DNA from: an uncultured Opitutales bacterium | Lineage (GTDB): Bacteria; Verrucomicrobiota; Verrucomicrobiia; Opitutales; Seribacteraceae | Direction: 5' to 3' | DNA: 64,000 bases | NCBI GenBank assembly: GCA_963924995.1 | Contig: CAWUUU010000028.1 | Location: forward strand, 197-64,196 | Part shown: positions 60,302 to 64,000 of the stretch, piece by piece | Numbering within the stretch: the first letter of the stretch is position 1 | How the letters are laid out: each line of letters begins with the position of its first letter | Notes under the pieces: model-generated | Databases searched by the model: none | Told to the model about the DNA's origin: nothing | The model's input: only the letters and a program-made list of their open reading frames with translations | Position numbers and translations under genes: made by a program

Positions 60302-62086
60302 TTAGTTATCTTCCGCAATTGATTTCACCTTGAGGTCTCGCAATTGACGTTCCGTAGCACTACCAGGGCTATCTGTCATCAAATCTTGTCCTTTTTGAGT
60401 CTTGGGGAAGGCGATGACATCGCGGATACTTTCTTTGCCGGCAAGAATAGTGACTAATCGATCAAGTCCGAGAGCGATTCCTCCATGAGGAGGGGCTCCA
60501 TATTCAAAGGCTTCGAGCATGTAGCCAAATCGACTTTTTACCACATCAGCAGGGATTTTTAATACTTCTTCAAATATTTTCTTTTGTACATCAGGTTGAT
60601 GAATCCGAATACTTCCACCCCCGAGTTCGACTCCGTTAAGAACTATATCATAATGTTGACCGCGTACTTTTTTGGGTTCGGAGTCAAGGAAAGGTAAATC
60701 TTCTTCAACTGGGGCTGTAAAGGGATGGTGGGAGGCGACGAAGCGACCTTCTTCTTCTTCAAAGTGCATCAGGGGAAAATCGATCACCCAGAGGAATTTC
60801 CAGTCTTTGGGATCACGAAGTTGTTGACCTCTTTTTTCTAAGAGGGTGGCCGCTTCCAAGCGGATACGACCCAAGATATTACAGGAACTGTCCCAGGAAC
60901 CGGCTGCGAAGAATATGATGTCCCCATCTCCGACTTCGAGTTTGGTCTTGAGGGTTTCCTGTTCGGCATCGGATAAAAATTTGAGGATGGGGGATTTCCA
61001 TTCGCCTCCTTCGGATTTAATAAAAGCGAGCCCTTTGGCTCCGAGTGATTTTGCGGTTTCTTCCAAGTGTTTGAGTTCGCCTTGGGTGATATCGGCAAGC
61101 CCCTTGGCATTAAAGGCTTTTACACTACCTCCTGATTTTACGGTACCGGCAAATACTTTAAAATCGGATTCGCGAAAGTCTTCAGAAAAGTCCTGAATTT
61201 CCATACCAAAGCGCATGTCGGGTTTGTCCGAACCAAAGCGGTTCATTGCTTCGTTGTAAGGCATGCGGAGAAAAGGAGTTTTGATTTCCTCACCCAGGGT
61301 TTCTTTCCATACAGTGGAGAGAAGACCTTCAATCAGGGCATACATATCCTCGCGGTCGATAAAGGACATTTCGAGGTCGATCTGAGTGAACTCGGGTTGG
61401 CGATCGGCTCGAAGATCTTCGTCGCGGAAGCAACGGGCAAGTTGATAGTAGCGCTCAATCCCGGCGACCATTAGCATTTGTTTATACTGCTGGGGCGATT
61501 GGGGAAGGGCGTAGAATTTTCCTTCGTTCATTCGACTGGGGACCAAAAATTCACGGGCACCTTCGGGGGTACTTTTGAAGAGGATTGGGGTCTCAATTTC
61601 AAGAAAGTCCTGCTTGTCAAAATATTCACGAATCGTCATGGATGCACGATGGCGCAGTTTGAGGGTATTGAGGTTACTTTTACGGCGAAGGTCGAGGTAT
61701 CGATAAGCAAGGCGAAGGTCTTCGCCCACTTTATCGGCAGTGTCGTCCATAGGGAAGGGGGGCGTCTTGGATTGGTTGTGAACAATAATTGAACTGGCAA
61801 AAAGTTCAATGTCACCGGTGGAAAGATTACTGTTCTCCGTACCTTCGTCCCGATTGCGGACTTCTCCTTTTACTTCAATTACACTTTCAGGCTTCAGTTT
61901 AGGGAAGAGTTCGGAAAGGGTTTGATTTTCGGGGTCGAGTACCACTTGGGTTTTTCCTTCACGATCTCTCAGGTCAAGGAAGAATACTCCACCATGATCT
62001 CGAAGGGAGTCGATCCATCCAATAAGGGTAGCGGAAGATCCGGCGTTTTCTTTGCGAAGTTGATTACAGTGATGGCTACGTTTCAT
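60302..62086 (-). CDS. aspS: Aspartyl-tRNA synthetase, probably non-discriminating
   Basis: RDHGG (His typical of ND-AspRS), STPEGAREF, FRDEDLRADRQPEFTQ, GAD insert and PPHGGIALGLDR. Confidence 0.96.
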   Translation of the reverse strand: MKRSHHCNQLRKENAGSSATLIGWIDSLRDHGGVFFLDLRDREGKTQVVLDPENQTLSELFPKLKPESVIEVKGEVRNRDEGTENSNLSTGDIELFASSIIVHNQSKTPPFPMDDTADKVGEDLRLAYRYLDLRRKSNLNTLKLRHRASMTIREYFDKQDFLEIETPILFKSTPEGAREFLVPSRMNEGKFYALPQSPQQYKQMLMVAGIERYYQLARCFRDEDLRADRQPEFTQIDLEMSFIDREDMYALIEGLLSTVWKETLGEEIKTPFLRMPYNEAMNRFGSDKPDMRFGMEIQDFSEDFRESDFKVFAGTVKSGGSVKAFNAKGLADITQGELKHLEETAKSLGAKGLAFIKSEGGEWKSPILKFLSDAEQETLKTKLEVGDGDIIFFAAGSWDSSCNILGRIRLEAATLLEKRGQQLRDPKDWKFLWVIDFPLMHFEEEEGRFVASHHPFTAPVEEDLPFLDSEPKKVRGQHYDIVLNGVELGGGSIRIHQPDVQKKIFEEVLKIPADVVKSRFGYMLEAFEYGAPPHGGIALGLDRLVTILAGKESIRDVIAFPKTQKGQDLMTDSPGSATERQLRDLKVKSIAEDN

Positions 62087-62250
62087 GCCTAATAAAATAT
62101 AATAAAAATGAACTTCTAATGAATCAATCTGTTCATGGCAAGATTGGTATGCCTTGATCCAATGTTCTGAAATAATATTTTAAAGCATCAAGAGCTTATT
62201 TAAAGATTTTAAACTCGCCATTCATCAAGGTCTTGGCATGGGTTGATTCT

Positions 62251-63333
62251 ATGAACAATAGGTTTGTAGTCATTATGGCAGGCGGGCGTGGAGAACGTTT
62301 TTGGCCTCAAAGTCGTTTAACGCGTCCCAAGCATCTTCTTCCCATTGTGGGAGATTCTGCAATGCTTGCCCAAACGGTCGAGCGCTTAGAGGGGTTGGTT
62401 CCCGCAGAAAATATTTTTGTCATTACTAATGTGGAGCAAAGAGATGCGGTTTTAGAAAGTTGTCCAACATTATTACCAGAGCGGGTAATTGGAGAGCCTG
62501 TAGGGCGCGATACTGCTGCGGCAGTCGGATTAGCTGCTTTATTGGTGGATCAGGTTGAGCAAGATGCAGCTTTCGCTCTTTTGCCTGCCGATCATGTGAT
62601 TGAGGACGGGGAAGGTTTTCGTTCAGTTCTAAGAAGTTCTTTTGAAGCTGCCGAACGAAATGATTATCTTGTTACAATTGGAATTAAACCAAACTTTCCT
62701 TCTACTGGTTACGGGTATCTTTCTCAAGGTGATGAATTGGACAATGTTCAGAATCGGTCCGTTTCCAAAGTTGATCGATTTATTGAAAAACCAAACTTAA
62801 GCACAGCAGAGGAATATTTAAAACAGGGTGGATATTTTTGGAATGCGGGAATGTTTGTTTGGAGGCCATCAGTTATTTTATCGGCGATTCAAAAGCATGC
62901 CCCAGTTCTTTCGGAGGGTCTGAAAGAATTACAGGCAGATTTGAATTCAAATGGATCTTTGATTAGAGCGATGGAAAAGGTTTATCCAAATCTTGAGAAA
63001 ATTTCAGTTGATTTTGCGGTGATGGAAAAAGCGGAGGGAGTCGTAATGCTAGAATCTGATTTTGACTGGGATGATGTTGGTGAATGGCCTGCGATCGAAA
63101 GACATTATCCAGCCGATGAAAATGGAAATGTATTTAAGGGGGACGGGATTGCTGTTGATTCGAAGGGTAACTTGGCTTTTTCAGAAAAAGGGCATTGTAT
63201 AACCCTTCTCGGAGTGGAAGATTTAATTGTGGTTCAAACTGGTGATGCGACCATGGTTTGTCATAAGGACCGAGCACAAGAAGTGAAGGAACTTGCCCGC
63301 AAAGTGGGCGAAATCCACCCTGATTTAACTTAG
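62251..63333 (+). CDS. manC: Mannose-1-phosphate guanylyltransferase
   Basis: MAGGRGERFWPQSR..PKHLL, EPVGRDTA, PADH, FIEKP, WNAGMF and WDDVG. Confidence 0.92.
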   Translation: MNNRFVVIMAGGRGERFWPQSRLTRPKHLLPIVGDSAMLAQTVERLEGLVPAENIFVITNVEQRDAVLESCPTLLPERVIGEPVGRDTAAAVGLAALLVDQVEQDAAFALLPADHVIEDGEGFRSVLRSSFEAAERNDYLVTIGIKPNFPSTGYGYLSQGDELDNVQNRSVSKVDRFIEKPNLSTAEEYLKQGGYFWNAGMFVWRPSVILSAIQKHAPVLSEGLKELQADLNSNGSLIRAMEKVYPNLEKISVDFAVMEKAEGVVMLESDFDWDDVGEWPAIERHYPADENGNVFKGDGIAVDSKGNLAFSEKGHCITLLGVEDLIVVQTGDATMVCHKDRAQEVKELARKVGEIHPDLT

Positions 63334-63337
63334 AAGT

Positions 63338-63772
63338 ATGTCGGTTTACCTAGGGATCGATTATGGGACTAAACGGATTGGGTTAGCTTGGGCTGATGAA
63401 CTTGGGGTCGCTTTACCAATAGGAGCTTTTCCTGGGGTTGATAATAAATCGTATCTGGATGAAATATCTGGTGAGGTTTTAAAAAAAGGAGTTACTGAGA
63501 TCGTGGTTGGATACCCCATTCACATGGATGGAACTGTGGGATTGAGGGCAAAAGAAGTGGATGTCTTTATCAGAAATTTGGAAAAAAGTTTAGCACTCCC
63601 TGTTCATCGAGTTGATGAGAGATTAACCAGCTTAGCTGCTGAAGAAGCATTGGGACCCCAATCATTAAAAAAGAAAAAGAAAAACCTTGGGAGAATAGAT
63701 GCTTCGGCCGCGGGATTAATTTTGCGTGACTTTATTGAGAATCGAAAAGTAATTCCTCCACCCAATGGCTGA
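63338..63772 (+). CDS. ruvX: YqgF/RuvX nuclease
   Basis: [24 protein letters not shown] and IDASAA. Confidence 0.93.
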   Translation: MSVYLGIDYGTKRIGLAWADELGVALPIGAFPGVDNKSYLDEISGEVLKKGVTEIVVGYPIHMDGTVGLRAKEVDVFIRNLEKSLALPVHRVDERLTSLAAEEALGPQSLKKKKKNLGRIDASAAGLILRDFIENRKVIPPPNG

Positions 63773-64000
63773 GCTCAATAAAACTAATAACCAAAGCCAA
63801 TCTATTCAGCGTTGGCGTTGCTTATGTGCCTACGACGGAACAGACTATACCGGTTGGCAAAAGCAACCCACCCAAAACTCCGTACAGAACCGCATCGAAA
63901 ATGCCTTGAGCAAAATTTTTCCTGGGCCAGTACGAACAATTGGGGCAGGTCGAACAGATGCTGGGGTTCATGCAAAGGGTCAAGTTTTTCATTTTGACCA
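63765..64000 (+). CDS. truA: tRNA pseudouridine(38-40) synthase, 5' part (runs off the window; not in the ORF track)
   Basis: From ATG 63765: ..[39 protein letters not shown]. Confidence 0.93.
   Translation, partial: MAELNKTNNQSQSIQRWRCLCAYDGTDYTGWQKQPTQNSVQNRIENALSKIFPGPVRTIGAGRTDAGVHAKGQVFHFD

Noticed and set aside
63812-63997. 61-aa ORF from the track
   Set aside because: Wrong frame; the real gene is truA starting at 63765.

Overview
A roughly 40% GC, gene-dense and mostly core chromosomal window. It most resembles a marine Verrucomicrobiota (Opitutales-like) genome, inferred from ilvE-mcsA-mcsB-clpC without ctsR, the long PVC-type GreA, rpsP-trmD-rplS without rimM, and an Opitutae-like RecO-related protein. 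It carries housekeeping genes (recF, ruvC, queA, acs, ilvE, ndk, ispD/E/F, pyrF, ptsI/ptsH, pgsA/pgpA, coaD, rpsP/trmD/rplS, rsmD, two rsmE, aspS, manC, ruvX, partial truA), a TetR-regulated RND efflux operon, a glucosylglycerate-type compatible-solute cluster and two tandem amtB-glnK operons. I recognised no rRNA, tRNA, CRISPR array or intact mobile element. Most notable: (1) the solute cluster has no recognisable GPG phosphatase but has an M20-fold protein with a degenerate catalytic site translationally coupled to gpgS; (2) sigma54 -24/-12 motifs precede both amtB-glnK operons and mcsA-mcsB-clpC; (3) a DsbD/ScsB has a permuted domain order; (4) a transposase-like HTH is fused to a TM helix and a vWA-like domain; (5) a plastic region at 6-9.5 kb holds an ELWxxDGT surface protein, a decayed copy of its 5' end and a decayed, synonymously diverged copy of the RecO-like gene; (6) rpsP has five 81-bp repeats interrupted by an in-frame TAG; (7) aspS shows an internal GC/codon shift. 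All family calls come from motif recognition by eye, with no database search.
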